Shown: positions 34,157 through 48,293, numbered from the stretch's first letter. The stretch is 64,000 nt of DNA from Anthoceros angustus (GCA_010909165.1 MU008173.1:930001-994000); one strand, 5' to 3'. Numbers and translations: made by a program. The notes: generated from the letters alone by a model not told the origin.

Positions 34157-34867
34157 ATGGCGCGCCTGCAGCTGCAGCTGCAGCTGGCTCGGACAATACT
34201 GATGTCCTTCGCCGTGATGTGCGCTGTTGTGCAACCGACATTTGCCGCAGACGAGGACCCCCTTCAGGACTTCTGCGTAGGTATGGTGAAGAGGACCCCG
34301 GCCATCAACGGCTTCCCCTGCAAGACGGCGGGCGCCACCGTGGCAGCCGACTTCAAGTCGTCCGTGCTGGCCACGCCAGGCAACACGGCCAACAAGAACA
34401 AGGCAACTGTCACTCCAGCGTCTGTGCTGCAGTTCCCGGGCCTCAACACTCTGGGTATATTCGCGGCGCGCATCGACCTTGCCGTGGGAGGCCTCACTCC
34501 CCCGCACGCTCACCCGCGCGCCTCAGAGCTGGTTTTCGTGCTGTCGGGCAAGTTGCAAGCGGGATTCGTGTCTTCCAACGGCAACAAGCTGTTCCAGCAG
34601 ACTCTAAGAGCAGGCGACCTGTTCGTAATCCCGCGCGGCCTCCTGCATTTCCAGAGGAACATTGGGACCGTTCCCGCTGTGGTGTTCGCTGCGCTCAACA
34701 GCCAGAACCCCGGCGTGCAGCAGGCTGCCCTGGCCCTACTTGCCGCCACGCCCACGCCCATCGCCACCCACATTCTCCAGCAGACTTTCGGTACTGATGC
34801 CAATACTGTGCTGGCACTCGAGTCTGCCGCCAAGAAGAAGCTGAAGAATTTTATTTTAGTCCACTAA
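34157..34867 (+). CDS. Germin-like protein (cupin), intronless, 236 aa
   Basis: Near-identical paralogue of 5997-6701 with both germin boxes intact; different C-terminus (…ALESAAKKKLKNFILVH). Confidence 0.95.
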   Translation: MARLQLQLQLARTILMSFAVMCAVVQPTFAADEDPLQDFCVGMVKRTPAINGFPCKTAGATVAADFKSSVLATPGNTANKNKATVTPASVLQFPGLNTLGIFAARIDLAVGGLTPPHAHPRASELVFVLSGKLQAGFVSSNGNKLFQQTLRAGDLFVIPRGLLHFQRNIGTVPAVVFAALNSQNPGVQQAALALLAATPTPIATHILQQTFGTDANTVLALESAAKKKLKNFILVH

Positions 34868-34889
34868 GGACGGATTTCCGTCATCGGAC

Positions 34890-35175
34890 TTGGTACTTCA
34901 CAACTGGTACCATGGTGTGCCTAAGCTACTTGCACCAAGGGCATCCACTCCCTTTAGGCACCCCATCTAAGTACCGATCCAAGCTCAGGATGCTTAATCA
35001 TGGCGTTCTTATAAATGTGTGTCCATTTGGCTTAGTGCCTAAGCTACTTGCACCAAGGGCATCCACTCCCTTGAGACACTCCATCTAAGTACCGATCCAA
35101 GCTCAAGATGCTTAATCACGGCGTTGTGTGTCCATTTGGCCCAAGCCATTTGGACACACATTTATAAGAACGCTA
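34890..35175 (-). repeat. Dispersed repeat with two 5S-promoter-derived cassettes (same family as 55245-55545)
   Basis: gtgcctaagctacttgcaccaagggcatccactc + cccatctaagtacc-N16-gcttaa-tcatggcgttct at 34962 and 35080; ~31-bp inverted repeat 35004-35033 / 35143-35173. Confidence 0.75.
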
Positions 35176-37799
35176 CAAGGCTACTTAGATCAGAACCATC
35201 TACATTGCAACCATGTCATGTAATCAGCTCTTTATACCAAAGCCAATCATAGAGGAAGAGGAATAAGGAAGAGAATAATATATTTTTTGACTTCTTTTTC
35301 TGATTTCAATTGCAGAAAGGAGAATAACATTGAGGTGAGCAACATTGCAGCCCAGAGCGCCTCCACAGCTTTGTCGTTGGTACCAAAAGTGTGCACAATC
35401 AACTATGTAGATATGTAGATATCCAAGCTACAACTTGAACAATAACATTGAGCTCTTGGGAACTCCGCCCCAGGATAACTACTAGGATGCAGTGCTTGCC
35501 CCGGGAATGAAGCGTCCTAAAGTCGAGGACCTCTGTAAAAGTCTCTCAAAGACTTACATATGTAGATGGTTCTGATCTAAGTGCTTGCCCCGGGAATGAA
35601 GCGTCCTAAAGTCGAGGACCTCTGTAAAAGTCTCTCAAAGACTTACCTAAATTTGTGAAGTTCAGGAGCATGCTGTTCGCAAATTTCTGCAGTCGGGGGA
35701 AATATTATCGTAGCTAGATTGATTGAAAGTGCTATTTATCTCTATCGATCCTATATTCAACCATGGAAACAAAACAAAAACTCCTTTTCCCTTCTATCGA
35801 ATTCTGGAGTTCTCCTACACATGACCACCCAAATATCGAATTGATTAAAATCCGGAGTATGCGGACACTTTATAACGTATAAAATATTAAAATATTTCCA
35901 ATAATATATGTGCTATTGTTCGCCACTGGAACGGATCTGCAACGACTAAGTCGATACTTTTGCATTTTGTGAGTTCCAATGTCGAGTTTTCAAGTAACCT
36001 CATTCTACTCCGTTTTGGCTATTTCATTCCTCGGCCTAAAGAAAGTGAGCCGGGTTCTTTGGTTCCAATTGTTTATCCCAGATACATGGATACATTTGAG
36101 TATACCTATTAGCATCCCGTAGTACCTATATGACATATTACAATTCAGAGGTCTCCATGAAGGTCTTTTCATCTTTAATAAGATAATATTTATAGATAAG
36201 TGGATAAACAGAGCCCAATACGGTGAGAACAGGGTATGGAAATGCCTGAAGCGAAAGAGACAATAGAACATGCTTTTGCGAGGCAAGGGCGCCTCACAAA
36301 CGTGGGAGGAGGTGGCGAACCATCTTTAGTGCCCTCCTCCTGAAAGAACAAGTGCCCCTCAGCAAACAAGATAATTTGGGAGGATTGGATTTGTGTGGAG
36401 GGATCAGCCCGATGATCGAAGCAAGCCGTGATCCCTTTTGCCCAAGCTGCGACTTAAAGCCAGGAGCTACATATGTTTGCTCATGCGGAGAATATCAACC
36501 AACTCCTCTTCCTCACGTTGGTGTGAGTAGAAGCCGTCCTACCATCTGATTCACGTCCTACCAGCATGTGTAGTTGTCTCACCCCCATTGCCTTCTATCC
36601 GCCTGCCCATAAGCTTGTTGGAAAGAGTGCTTGGTTGATTAGTGGTCTTGTCAGATAGGTACATGTGTAGGCTTAAGTCGCAGGCTAGGTAGCTGCATTC
36701 TCATGCACCCCTTCCTCCTTGTGCTCCAAACTGAGTCTGCACAAAACTGGCGGAATCCGCTGAAACGGGCTGCTGGGCATATGCGAGTAGACTTTCCCAT
36801 CACCATATTCGAAGAAAAATCTATCGCATAAAAACATGTACGATTTTGCGGGTATTGAACACAACTAGCTTCTTCTATTCGACGTTACGCACTTGAACGT
36901 GGCAAACTATAATCACATCTTTGAACTCATTCCGTCAAAACTCCAGAAAATGTGCAGGGACTAGCAGTCCCGGATGCGGCTGAACTTGCATCTCACTCGC
37001 CGTTATTATCAAGTGACCCAATCTACATACAAAGTTGAACATGATGGAGATAAGCTTTCGGCTCATTTGGTATTTTAAAGGTGGAATGGCCAGGACATCT
37101 ATTTTCACATGACATTGCTTTTCCCGATTTTCAAATTTCTGTCTCTGGTCTGCAAAAAATTAAATATTATACTCCAACACAATGGCACCTTTCATCATGT
37201 ATCGTCATTTTGAGTGCCGAGGATTTGCACATGGTTAAGTCGGAATGCGCCAATCGGCCGACGCATTTCGGCTAGGGGTGTGCTGATCGCCCGGCACTCC
37301 GACCGAACGATCTACTTTTGCTAGGGGTGCACCGGTTGACCAGCGCACTCCTAGCCGATGGTCCACTAATAGCCGGAGACTGTCGTTCGAACAGTCCACT
37401 TTCTGCTGGAGTGGTCTTAAAGCAACATCTAATATTGCTTTGAATTCTTCGAAGTACATGCTTATTGATAATGTCCGGGTTCAAAGCAATTACAATCTAA
37501 TCTCTACCACCTGAAACATCTTCTCCGAGAGTTTCGGGATCCTCGCCTTCCGATGCGATAGCTTCTGCAATGCCGGCATCCCTAACGTCATTTCCTACCA
37601 TATGCTCTGCAGCCTCCTCCTGCACAGAGCTCAAAACATGCATGTTCTTCCGGATTATGGTCTTGATTCAAGCAAAACCGACACCAAAACATATCTTTTG
37701 GTGCACATGAGACAGGGGTGACAAACTTCTGACTTAGGCAAAAGGGGCTTTCAGGAATTCGCCGATTTTGCGCAAACTCTTTTTCCATGTGGCTGGAGA

Positions 37800-40340
37800 A
37801 TTAGAGCAAGGAGCTCTTGCCAGCAGCCCATTTGTATCATCACTAGGGATTACAAGCTTATGTATTACTGTAACAAGTGTGTTTTGCAAAGTGATGGAAG
37901 GATCTTGAGGAAGCCTAGCCCGTGTTGAATTTCAATGATATATAAGTGATGGGTTGTCTGTGCTTTGCCCTTAAGTGAGAACAACATCTCATGGGTTGGC
38001 ACCCCTGGCAGAACCTACTGCAGAGTAGCAAGCCTGGCTCAATTCATCAATCGTGTGTGGCATGTGTAGATTGCTTGGTTGACCTCCTTGCTTGCCAGGT
38101 GGGTCAAACTTGTAATTTCTTGATAAGGTGTGGTGATACGATTCTAGTGGCGTGAGTTTAGGTGTTGTTATTCAGGGCTAAAATAAAGGCGTGGAGCTTG
38201 CTACCATGCAAAACAATGCGCTCACCAGCTTCAAGTTGTTGCTTTTGTGTTGAGATTTCTTGCACGAATTTAAGTTTCGAAGGAGAACGTATTTGCAAGA
38301 GAAGTCTTCCCTCCACGAAGATGTATGTGTTCAGGTTCAAGAAGTACCACAACGTCTCCAACTTCCAAGGAAGCTTGTCGTTATGGGGATGAAGAAGGGA
38401 TTTATCAACTGTTGACGTGGGCTCCCGTGCCTAATGGGTGAGATCATTGTCTCAAACAGGTGCAACACATGATTTACGGGCCCAGGGCGCATGGCCTGGG
38501 GTGTACCAACTATGAGGCAAGGGCGCCTCACAAACGTAGGAGGAGGTGGGTAACCATCTTCAGCACTCTCCTCCTCAAACAACAAGTGCCCCTCAACAAA
38601 TGGGATAAGTTGGGAGGGTTGGATTTGTGTGGAGGATCAATTATCCAAGCAAGTTGTGATCCCTTCTGCCCAAGTTGTGACTTAAAGCCAAGAGCTGCAT
38701 ATGTTTGCTCAAGGGGAGAGTATCAACCAGCTCCTCTTCCTCATGTTGGTGTGAGTGCAAGCTATCTTCCCATGTGATTGTGGATGCTCCTCGTCACATC
38801 GCACGCCTTGTGTAGTTGTCTCACCCCCACGCCTCCTATCCGCCCATGAGCTCGTTGGAAGGAGTGCTTGGTTGATTAGTAGTCTTGTCAAATAGGTACA
38901 TGTGTGGGCTTAGTCGCGGTGTAGTAGTGCATGCACCCTTCCCCCTTGTGCTCCATGTGGCTAGAGAATAAGAGCAAGGAGCTCTTGCTAGCAGCCCATC
39001 GTATCATCACTAGGTAGGGATTACAAGCTTGTGTATTACAAGTGTGTTTTGCAAAGTGATGGAAGAATCTTGAGGAAGGTGGCCGGTGTTGTCCGCTAGT
39101 GTTGAGTTTAAGTGATGTATAATTGAAGGGTTGTCTGCTTTGCCCTTAAGTGAGAACAACATCTCATGGGTTGGCACCCGCGTAACCTCGCAGTAGCAAG
39201 CGCTCAATTCATCAATCGTGTGTGGCATGTGTAGATTGCTTGGTTGACCTCCTTGCTTGCTTGCCGTGGGTCAAACTTGTAATTTCTTGATAAGGTGTGG
39301 TGATACGATTCTAGTGGCGTGAGTTTAGGTGTTGTTATTCGGGCTAAAATAAAGGCGTGGAGCTTGCTACCATGCAAAACAATGCGCTCACCGACTTCAA
39401 GTTGTTGCTTTTGTGTTGAGATTTCTTGCAATTTAAGTTTGAAGGAGAACGTATTTGCAGAAGTCTTCCCTCCACGAAGATGTATGTGTTCAGGTTCAAG
39501 AAGTACCACAACGTCTCCAACTTCCAAGGAAGCTTGTCGTTATGGGGATGAAGAAGGGATTTATCAACTGTTGACGTGGGCTCCCGTGCCTAATGGGTGA
39601 GATCATTGTCTCAAACAGGTGCAACACATGATTTACGGGCCCAGGGCGCATGGCCTGGGGTGTACCAACTATGAGGCAAGGGCGCCTCACAAACGTAGGA
39701 GGAGGTGGGTAACCATCTTCAGCACTCTCCTCCTCAAACAACAAGTGCCCCTCAACAAATGGGATAAGTTGGGAGGGTTGGATTTGTGTGGAGGGATCAG
39801 CCCAATTATCCAAGCAAGTTGTGATCCCTTCTGCCCAAGTTGTGACTTAAAGCCAAGAGCTGCATATGTTTGCTCAAGGGGAGAGTATCAACCAGCTCCT
39901 CTTCCTCATGTTGGTGTGAGTGCAAGCTATCTTCCCATGTGATTGTGGATGCTCCTCGTCACATCGTACCAGCTTGTGTAGTTGTCTCACCCCCACTGCC
40001 TCCTATCCGCCTGCCCATGAGCTCGTTGGAAGGAGTGCTTGGTTGATTAGTAGTCTTGTCAAATAGGTACATGTGTGGGCTTAGTCGCAGGCTGGGTAGC
40101 TGCATTCGCATGCACCCTTCCCCCTTGTGCTCCATGTGGCTAGAGAATAAGAGCAAGGAGCTCTTGCTAGCAGCCCATCTGTATCATCACTAGGTAGGGA
40201 TTACAAGCTTGTGTATTACAAGTGTGTTTTGCAAAGTGATGGAAGAATCTTGAGGAAGGCTGGCCAGTGTTGTCCGGCTAGTGTTGAGTTTAAGTGATGT
40301 ATAATTGAAGGGTTGTCTGTACTTTGTCCTTAAGTGTATA
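37800..40340. repeat. ~1.17 kb tandem duplication (2 copies + partial third), with a diverged partial copy at 36280-36730
   Basis: agagcaaggagctcttgc recurs at ~37803, ~38971, ~40150; no recognisable protein in any frame I tried. Confidence 0.88.
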
Positions 40341-40798
40341 AGTGAAGGGCTGTTTGTGCTTTGTCCTTAAGTGTATAATTGAAGGTATGTCTGCGCTTTG
40401 CCCTTAAGTGAGAAGGGCATCTCACACTTCTTAAAAGATCCTCCTTACAAGAGGCAATAGGTAAAAGGAAGAATTAATCCGTAATGGGAGAATTTTATTC
40501 ATGGACATTCAAAGAATAAGGGGTCACACCCCCGGCATGCCAAGCCCCAAGGACAATTTTTGTCTTGGGTCCGGCGCCACGCACCAGTACACCTGCATAT
40601 GCAAGTTTCTCCCTAGGTGTGCTCAAAGTGTGTTGTATGCGACATCACACAGTCCTGGCGGTGATGATAAATTACTTTCTAGACTAGCCGGAGTTTGTAC
40701 AAGGTCTGCGAGCAGACTCGTAAGATGAAGCCAAAAAAACAGAAACGCTACCCGGAGCTGGAGAGCCCACCCAGGCGGCCCATTATGTGGGTATAGCC

Positions 40799-43796
40799 TT
40801 ATTGCTTGATTTGCAGGGCGTCTCTGGACCTTCCCAGCACAGATAGCACTGTCGCAGCGATGTGCGAGGCCGTCAATCCGGCTTCGGCAAGCTGGTCCTT
40901 GGGGGCGCCGTGGTCGATGTAGCGGTCGGGAAGTACCATCGGCCGCCACTGCGGGCACAACCAACCGGATAGACATGTCAGTACTGACGTATACAAAAAA
41001 AAACAATTATCTCATGCTGTTGTTGCTGCTGCTCCTACGTCAGCAAAATGCAAGTGACGGTATGTAAGAGATAATTCTGTGGTGGGTACCTTGAGGCCGC
41101 CGTCCAACAGTCCTTCCAGAGCCAGATACTGGGCGACATGGGAGCCGAAGCCCCCGATGGAGCCCTCTTCCACAGTGATGAGCACCTGGTGCTCCTTGGC
41201 CAGGCTCCTGAGCAGAGCCGTGTCCAGAGGCTTGCAGAATCGGGCATCCACAACCGTGGCAGTGATGCCCCGCTCCTGCAGCAGCCCCCCTGCTCCCAGA
41301 CACTCCTGCACGATGGTGCCGTACCCCACGATGGCCACCTGGGTTCCTTCCATGAGGACTCGGCCCTTCCCCAGCTGCGTCAAAAGAGACAGACAGACCA
41401 ACCCACCTCAGTCAGCTGTTGAAGCATTGATGGCGATGATGCACATCCCTCAAGGTGGGCAGTTTGGAATCTCAACCATACCTCGATGGGGACCCCCTTG
41501 TTGTTTAAGGGGAGAGGAGAGCCGATCCCGTTGCCACGAGGAAACCTGAAGCAGCTGGGCCTGTCATCGATGGCAGCAGAGGTGGCCACCATATGCATCA
41601 GCTCGGCCTCGTCCGATGGAGCCATGACCACCATGTTGGGCAGGCAGGCCATGTAGGTGACGTCAAACGCCCCGCAGTGGGTGGGTCCGTCGGCTCCCAC
41701 CAGCCCTGCCCTGTCCATGGCGAACCGCACCGGGAGCTTCTGCAGATCCACGTCGTGCACCACCTGGTCGTAGCCCCGCTGCAGGAAGGAGGAGTAGATG
41801 GCGCAGAAGGGCTTCATCCCCTCCGTGGCCAGCCCAGCCGCGAACGTCACCGCGTGCTGCTCTGCAATCCCCACATCGAAGGTCCGCTCCGGGAACTTCT
41901 TTTGGAAGAAGTTGAGCCCGGTGCCTCCTCCCATGGCGGCATGGATGGCCACAATCTTGTCATCCACAGCAGCTTCTGCAATGAGCGCCTCCGCGAAGTA
42001 CTGGGTGTAAGACAGCGTCGGGGTCTTGGTCTTGAACTGCTTTCCGGTGGGCGGATCGAACTTCACCACGCCATGGTACTTGTCTGCAGCTCTCTCTGCA
42101 TATGGATAGCCCCTTCCCTTCTCCGTCACCACATGGATGAGCACGGGGCCCGGCGCCGGGGCCGACTTCACGTTCTCCAGGATCGTCACCAGATCATTCA
42201 TGTTGTGGCCGTCCACCGGGCCGATGTAATACATGCCCAGCTCCTCGAAGAGAGTGGAGCCTGCCGGGGTGATCATCCCCCTCGCATACTCGTCCACCTT
42301 GGCTGCGATCTCGTGGGTCTGCCCTCCGATCTGCTTCGTCAGGCCCTGCCATGGAACAAGATTTGAAATTCTTTCAGCAGTCAGTGTGAGGTTGGAGCTG
42401 TGAGTCTGGAGTGGATCCGGAGAAGGCAGGAATGGATGGAGGAGGAAGGAATGCACCAACCTTGGCAGCTTCTCGGAGAGTGCGGAGCTTCTTGCTGGAC
42501 TGGAGCTTGGAGAGGGCGCTGCTGAGGGCACCCACAGGCGGGGCCGGCCCGTCCAGAGTGGCTGTGGGGAGAGACACCTGCTTGTTATCGTTCAGGATGA
42601 CGATGATGTTGGAGTCCAGGTAGCCCGCATTGTTCATGGCCTCGTAGGCCTGGCCCGCCGTCATGGCCCCGTCCCCTATCACCGCAATCACGTTGTTGCT
42701 CTTGCCCTGCAGGTCCCGGGCCACTGCCATCCCCAGCCCCGCCGAGATGGTGGTGGAGCTGTGGCCTGCCCCGAAGGCGTCGTGCTCGCTCTCGCTCCGC
42801 TTGGTGAAGCCCGACAGCCCCGATGTCTGGCGCAGAGTGTGCATCTTGGACCTCCGGCCCGTGAGAATCTTGTGAGGGTACGCCTGCCATTCCAACCACC
42901 ATTCCCTCAATCCTGGGCAAGCAAGAACAAGCATGCAGTGCATCCGCATTTCAAACTACCGGAGCTCAGGCTCACCTGATGGCCCACGTCCCACAGAATC
43001 TTATCCTCCGGGGTGTTGAAGACGTGGTGCAGCGCCACCGTGAGATCCACCACTCCCAGCCCGGAGCCCAAGTGGCCCCCGGTCTTGGACACGGCGAACA
43101 CCATCTCCGTGCGCAGCTCATCCGCCAGCTGCTCCAGTTCCTGCCCACCGAACAAGCAGACATCGCATTCAGCACGACTCCCACGACTCAGCCAAAGGAA
43201 GCAAAATTCCATCTTCCTTCCCCAGCGCTTGCTACTTCCTTCGTCTGCAGTCTGAGCCCAGTCCATTCCTGGATCCCATTCCATTCCATTCTGGGCGCAC
43301 CTGCTTGTTCAGATTCTTCATGTGGACGGGGAAATTAACGGTATCCAACAACGGGGTGGGCGGCTTCTCCGCGTAATACTCCGCCTGCACCACCTGCTGC
43401 TGCTCCTTGGAGGCCTTCACCAGGCCCCCGCCATTGGCATTGCTCTGCCCCGAGGAGGCGGCGCCGTTGCCCCCCGCCTCCGCCCTCACCAACCCAGCTC
43501 CCCCAAGCCCCTGCCGAACGAAGACAAAAGCAAACACCATATCAGCCCAGCCCACATTCCCAGTCGCCCGACACGCGTACGCCCATCTCGGGCGGACAGC
43601 ACAAGACATGCAATTCCTGCCCCCGCACCTTCCTGCTCGCAAGCCTGCAAGCGCCCAACAATTGCGGACCCCCGGATGCAGCCACCCTCCGCAGCCCGGA
43701 GAAGCCCTGATGAGCTTCCTCCCTGTCCAGCCCCGCCCTGCATGCGGCGGCGGGTGCGCACGCAGCGGCAGCGGCAGCGGCGGCGGCAGCAGCCAT
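40799..43796 (-). CDS. DXS: 1-deoxy-D-xylulose-5-phosphate synthase, 7 exons (43796-43629, 43510-43301, 43140-42976, 42883-42461, 42345-41482, 41374-41090, 40948-40799), ~754 aa
   Basis: [65 protein letters not shown] (ThDP motif), [40 protein letters not shown]; all GT-AG; Ala-rich transit peptide. Confidence 0.97.
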
Positions 43797-45800
43797 CTTC
43801 GCTATCCCCTCTCCCTCCTTCCACCCGACGAGACAGAGTCAGGAATGCGAAGAAGCAAGGCCCTTTAATCCCGTGCTGCCTGCTGGCTGCTGCCTGCTGC
43901 CTCGGAACGAACTTCCACGATTCTCCTCCTCCCCAGCAGCAGCGGAATGAGGATCAGGATCAGCGAAGTACAGCAGCTGCAGCAGCAGGAACAGCAAGTG
44001 CCCCGGGCAAAGGACAAAAGCGGAAGCCCTGAGGAGGAGAATCCGCGCGGTCCCCGATTCCCAGGCGCCTCTTCCTTCCCAACAAAACCAAGGCAACAAA
44101 AACAAGGGCAAGGGCAAGGGCGAGCGCAGACGCGGCTGCAGCGCTGGAACAAAAGCAGCACGCAGACAAACAAGGGTGGATGCGGGAGCTGGAGCTCGCT
44201 CGTCTCACCGAGATCCGCAAACAGGAGATGCTGCTTGGAATGCCCACTCCGGCTCCCAGCCCTCGCGTTTATATGTCCCTTGTCACACGTGACAGCGATT
44301 CCGTAGCCCCGCTGCATCCTGTTCACCGGTTTACGTTGCCCCAGGGCGGGCCCGCCGCTGTCGCTAGTTTCAGGTCCCGGTCAATTACACGGCCCAGGCC
44401 CAGGCCCAGACTCGCACCGGCCTCCTAATTGCCGCATATTTTCCGCGACTCTGCCCTCCTGCTCGTTCCCTTCCCTGCCCTCCTTCCTCCTGTCCAGCCC
44501 CGCCCTGCATGCGGCGGCGGGTGCGCACGCAGCAGCGGCAGCGGCGGCGGCAGCAGCCATCTTCGCTATCCCTCCCTCCTTCCACCCGACGAGACAGAGT
44601 CAGGAATGCGAAGAAGCAAGGCCTTTAATCCCGTGCTGCCTGCTGGCTGCTGCCTGCTGCCTCGGAACGAACTTCCACGATTCTCCTCCTCCCCAGCAGC
44701 AGCGGAATGAGGATCAGGATCAGCGAAGTACAGCAGCTGCAGCAGCAGGAACAGCAAGTGCCCCGGGCAAAGGACAAAAGCGGAAGCCCTGAGGAGGAGA
44801 ATCCGCGCGGTCCCCGATTCCCAGGCGCCCTCTTCCTTCCCAACAAAACCAAGGCAACAAAAACAAGGGCAAGGGCAAGGGCGAGCGCAGACGCGGCTGC
44901 AGCGCTGGAACAAAAGCAGCACGCAGACAAACAAGGGTGGATGCGGGAGCTGGAGCTCGCTCGTCTCACCGAGATCCGCAAACAGGAGATGCTGCTTGGA
45001 ATGCCCACTCCGGCTCCCAGCCCTCGCGTTTATATGTCCCTTGTCACACGTGACAGCGATTCCGTAGCCCCGCTGCATCCTGTTCACCGGTTTACGTTGC
45101 CCCAGGGCGGGCCCGCCGCTGTCGCTAGTTTCAGGTCCCGGTCAATTACACGGCCCAGGCCCAGGCCCAGACTCGCACCGGCCTCCTAATTGCCGCATAT
45201 TTTCCGCGACTCTGCCCTCCTGCTCGTTCCCTTCCCTGCCCTCCCTTCCTCCCTCCCCAGCAGCAGCGGAATGAGGATCAGGATCAGCGAAGTACAGCAG
45301 CTGCAGCAGCAGGAACAGCAAGTGCCCCGGGCAAAGGACAAAAGCGGAAGCCCTGAGGAGGAGAATCCGCGCGGTCCCGATTCCCAGGCGCCCTCTTCCT
45401 TCCCAACAAAACCAAGGCAACAAACAAGGGCAAGGGCAAGGGCGAGCGCAGACGCGGCTGCAGCGCTGGAACAAAAGCAGCACGCAGACAAACAAGGGTG
45501 GATGCGGGAGCTGGAGCTCGCTCGTCTCACCGAGATCCGCAAACAGGAGATGCTGCTTGAATGCCCACCCGGCTCCCAGCCCTCGCGTTTATATGTCCCT
45601 TGTCACACGTGACAGCGATTCCGTAGCCCCGCTGCATCCCGTTCACCGGTTTACGTTGCCCCAGGGCGGGCCCGCCGCTGTCGCTAGTTTCAGGTCCCGG
45701 TCAATTACACGGCCCAGGCCCAGGCCCAGACTCGCACCGGCCTCCTAATTGCCGCATATTTTCCGCGACTCTGCCCTCCTGCTCGTTCCCTTCCCTGCCC
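43722..45800. repeat. ~0.76 kb triplication of the DXS 5' leader and start region
   Basis: Copies 43722-44485, 44486-45250 (second ATG at 44560 with the first ~24 codons) and partial 45251-45800; nearly identical. Confidence 0.92.
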
Positions 45801-46249
45801 TCCCCTTCCCTCCCCTCCCCGAGTCGTCCGCTGCCCGCCAGGCCTCCAACACATCCCCCTTTCCCCGCGCATATCCTCACTTACTCGAACACTCTCCCAC
45901 CTACCAACCCCAACCCCCCAACTCAGCCCACCCACAAGCTCCAAATCTCGTGCTACGAGCTTGCTGGGCCCGCTCGTCCGCTCCACAACCACCTGAAACC
46001 AAAAACAATTTTATTCCCAAGTCACTACGTCTCGATGAGTAGGTAGTAACACGGCATTGGATATGCATCTACAAACCATATCCATAACATTCACATCGTC
46101 GGAAGCTCGGAAGTAGGTGCACATTAGGACTCGCGTTTCAGTTTCGGTGACATTGGATGAGTTGTTTTTAGGGTCATACATATGAGGAGTTATTTTCTGG
46201 AGAGTCGTTCCGGTCCAGGTTTCATTTTCTACCGGACTCTCATCCCTCT

Positions 46250-46890
46250 TTGTGTCACAATGAGATCGAGGTGTTATTCTCTGCTATTGTGTCACAATGA
46301 GATCGACGTGTTATTCTCTGGTATTGTGTCACAATGAGATCAAGGTGTTATTCTCTGGTATTGTGTCACAATGAGATCAAGGTGTTATTCTCTGGCATTG
46401 TATCACAATGAGATCGAGGTGTTATTCCTTGGTACTGTTAGATCGCGGTGTTATCTTCAGGCGGAGAGTCTCATCCGACTTTCACTTTGAGATCAAGGTA
46501 TCATTTTCTAGCGGACTTTTGTCACTGTGTCACTATGAGATCGAGGTGTTATTCTCTGGCACTGTTAGATCGCAGTACCATCTTCAAGTCGAGAGTCTCT
46601 TGTCCGACTTTCACTTTGAGATCAAGGCATCATTTTCTAGCCGACTTTCGTCGGTGTGTCACAATCAGATCAAGGTATCATTTTCCAGCGGACTTCCATC
46701 CAGTGTGTCACAATGAGATCGATGTTCTATTCTCTGGCAGACTCTCTCTTTTGCAGACGGGACACGTGTTATTTTCCGGCGACTTTCTTGTGTCACAATG
46801 AGATCGAGGTGTTATTCTCTGCTGGCACAATGAGATCGAGGTGTTATTCTCTGCTGGCACAATGAGATCGAGGTGTTATTCTCTGCTGGA
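46250..46890. repeat. 31-34 bp tandem repeat in the DXS-HDS intergenic region
   Basis: tgtgtcacaatgagatcgaggtgttattctctgg(t/c)at units and derivatives. Confidence 0.9.
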
Positions 46891-48293
46891 TTCTATTTCA
46901 AACGACGCGTCGCGTATTATTTTCCGGTAACTCTCTTCCGGCTCTCTCACAACAAACTCTCCACCGGCGACTCTCTTCCGACTATCTCACGGCGAACTCT
47001 CTCCATACTCTCTCACAACTCAAAGTGTCCCTCTTGGAGAGAGTGTTTTTCTCTGAGGCTCAAATGTACATATTGTCCTTCTCCCATGATTATAGTTTCT
47101 TTTCTGAGACCGCGCTGAGATCGAGAAGTTATTGGAGATGGAGCCGTCTTTGTCTTTCGGAAGAGCTTTTCTCCATACTTAAAATCATTAACCATAGATA
47201 GACATAATATGTAGGGTCATTAGAATACATTGCCCTAAGTCATTATAATTATGAAGATCTTCATGTAAAAGTTTTTTTTGGAGATAACCAATCTATACTT
47301 CATATGTTACACATGTGGTTAAAAAATGCCCAAGTTTACGATATACTAGTTTAATCTTTTTAATTTATAATAAAAATATCATTACCTTCATTAGGTATTC
47401 TTTTTCAGTATCAATGTTATAATTTCATATATATATATATAATAAACTTAATTTTATTTTTTACTCCCAATAAAATATATTTTTAAGCTCTAATATAAAA
47501 ATATTTATTTGTTAAAATGAGGTATCTGTGTTGTGTCTGCTTCCCCGCCACCACAACTAGGCGTGTGGATAGTGGTATATGTACTGCAGATCCAATGTGT
47601 GGGGCTTCCACGGGCTTTTTATTTGATGCTTGTCATCTCGGGAATGAACGAGGGAAACGACATGGTCCATGATTGAATGCGAGGCGAAAAGCCATGCTTG
47701 AAGTTTCCACCCACCGTGACATGTGGGCTCGTATAGGTGGTAGTCCGGAACGGCATGTGAGATGACACACACACCGACCCAACACTCGGGGACCTCGGGT
47801 TCAACTTTGTGACAGCGCGCAGGTATCTCAAGTCTGACGGCATTTGTGACCATTCGGATAACTGTAACAAATCCAAATACGGGTGACTTGGTGAAGCTGG
47901 AAGGAAAGGCGAGGCTGGTGGCTGGTTGAGCGGAATATGCGACTCCGGAGTGGGAGTCGCAGGCGCCAAAAGTCCTCTCATCCGCCTTCCTCGTGCTTGC
48001 AAAACAGGCCAGCCCGCAGCTGCGCTCTGGCTGCTCTCTTCTGCAGCGAGTCACCTAAATCCGCTCTCAGCTGCTACTTAGCGGCATCTCGGGTCTCAGG
48101 AGATTCCATCGCCGGAGCCCGAACCTGAGCTTCTGCCTCGCCCTCTCCATTCTTCTCTGCCCCAGACACAGCGCGCAGGCCAGAGCAGGTGCTTGAGTTG
48201 AGGGAGTGGTGAAAGACTTCTGCACCGGCTCTGTTTGTGCTTCCGCTTCGGACTCACAACAGCAGGAGGCGCCAGCAGGAGCGGGGGAGAGAA

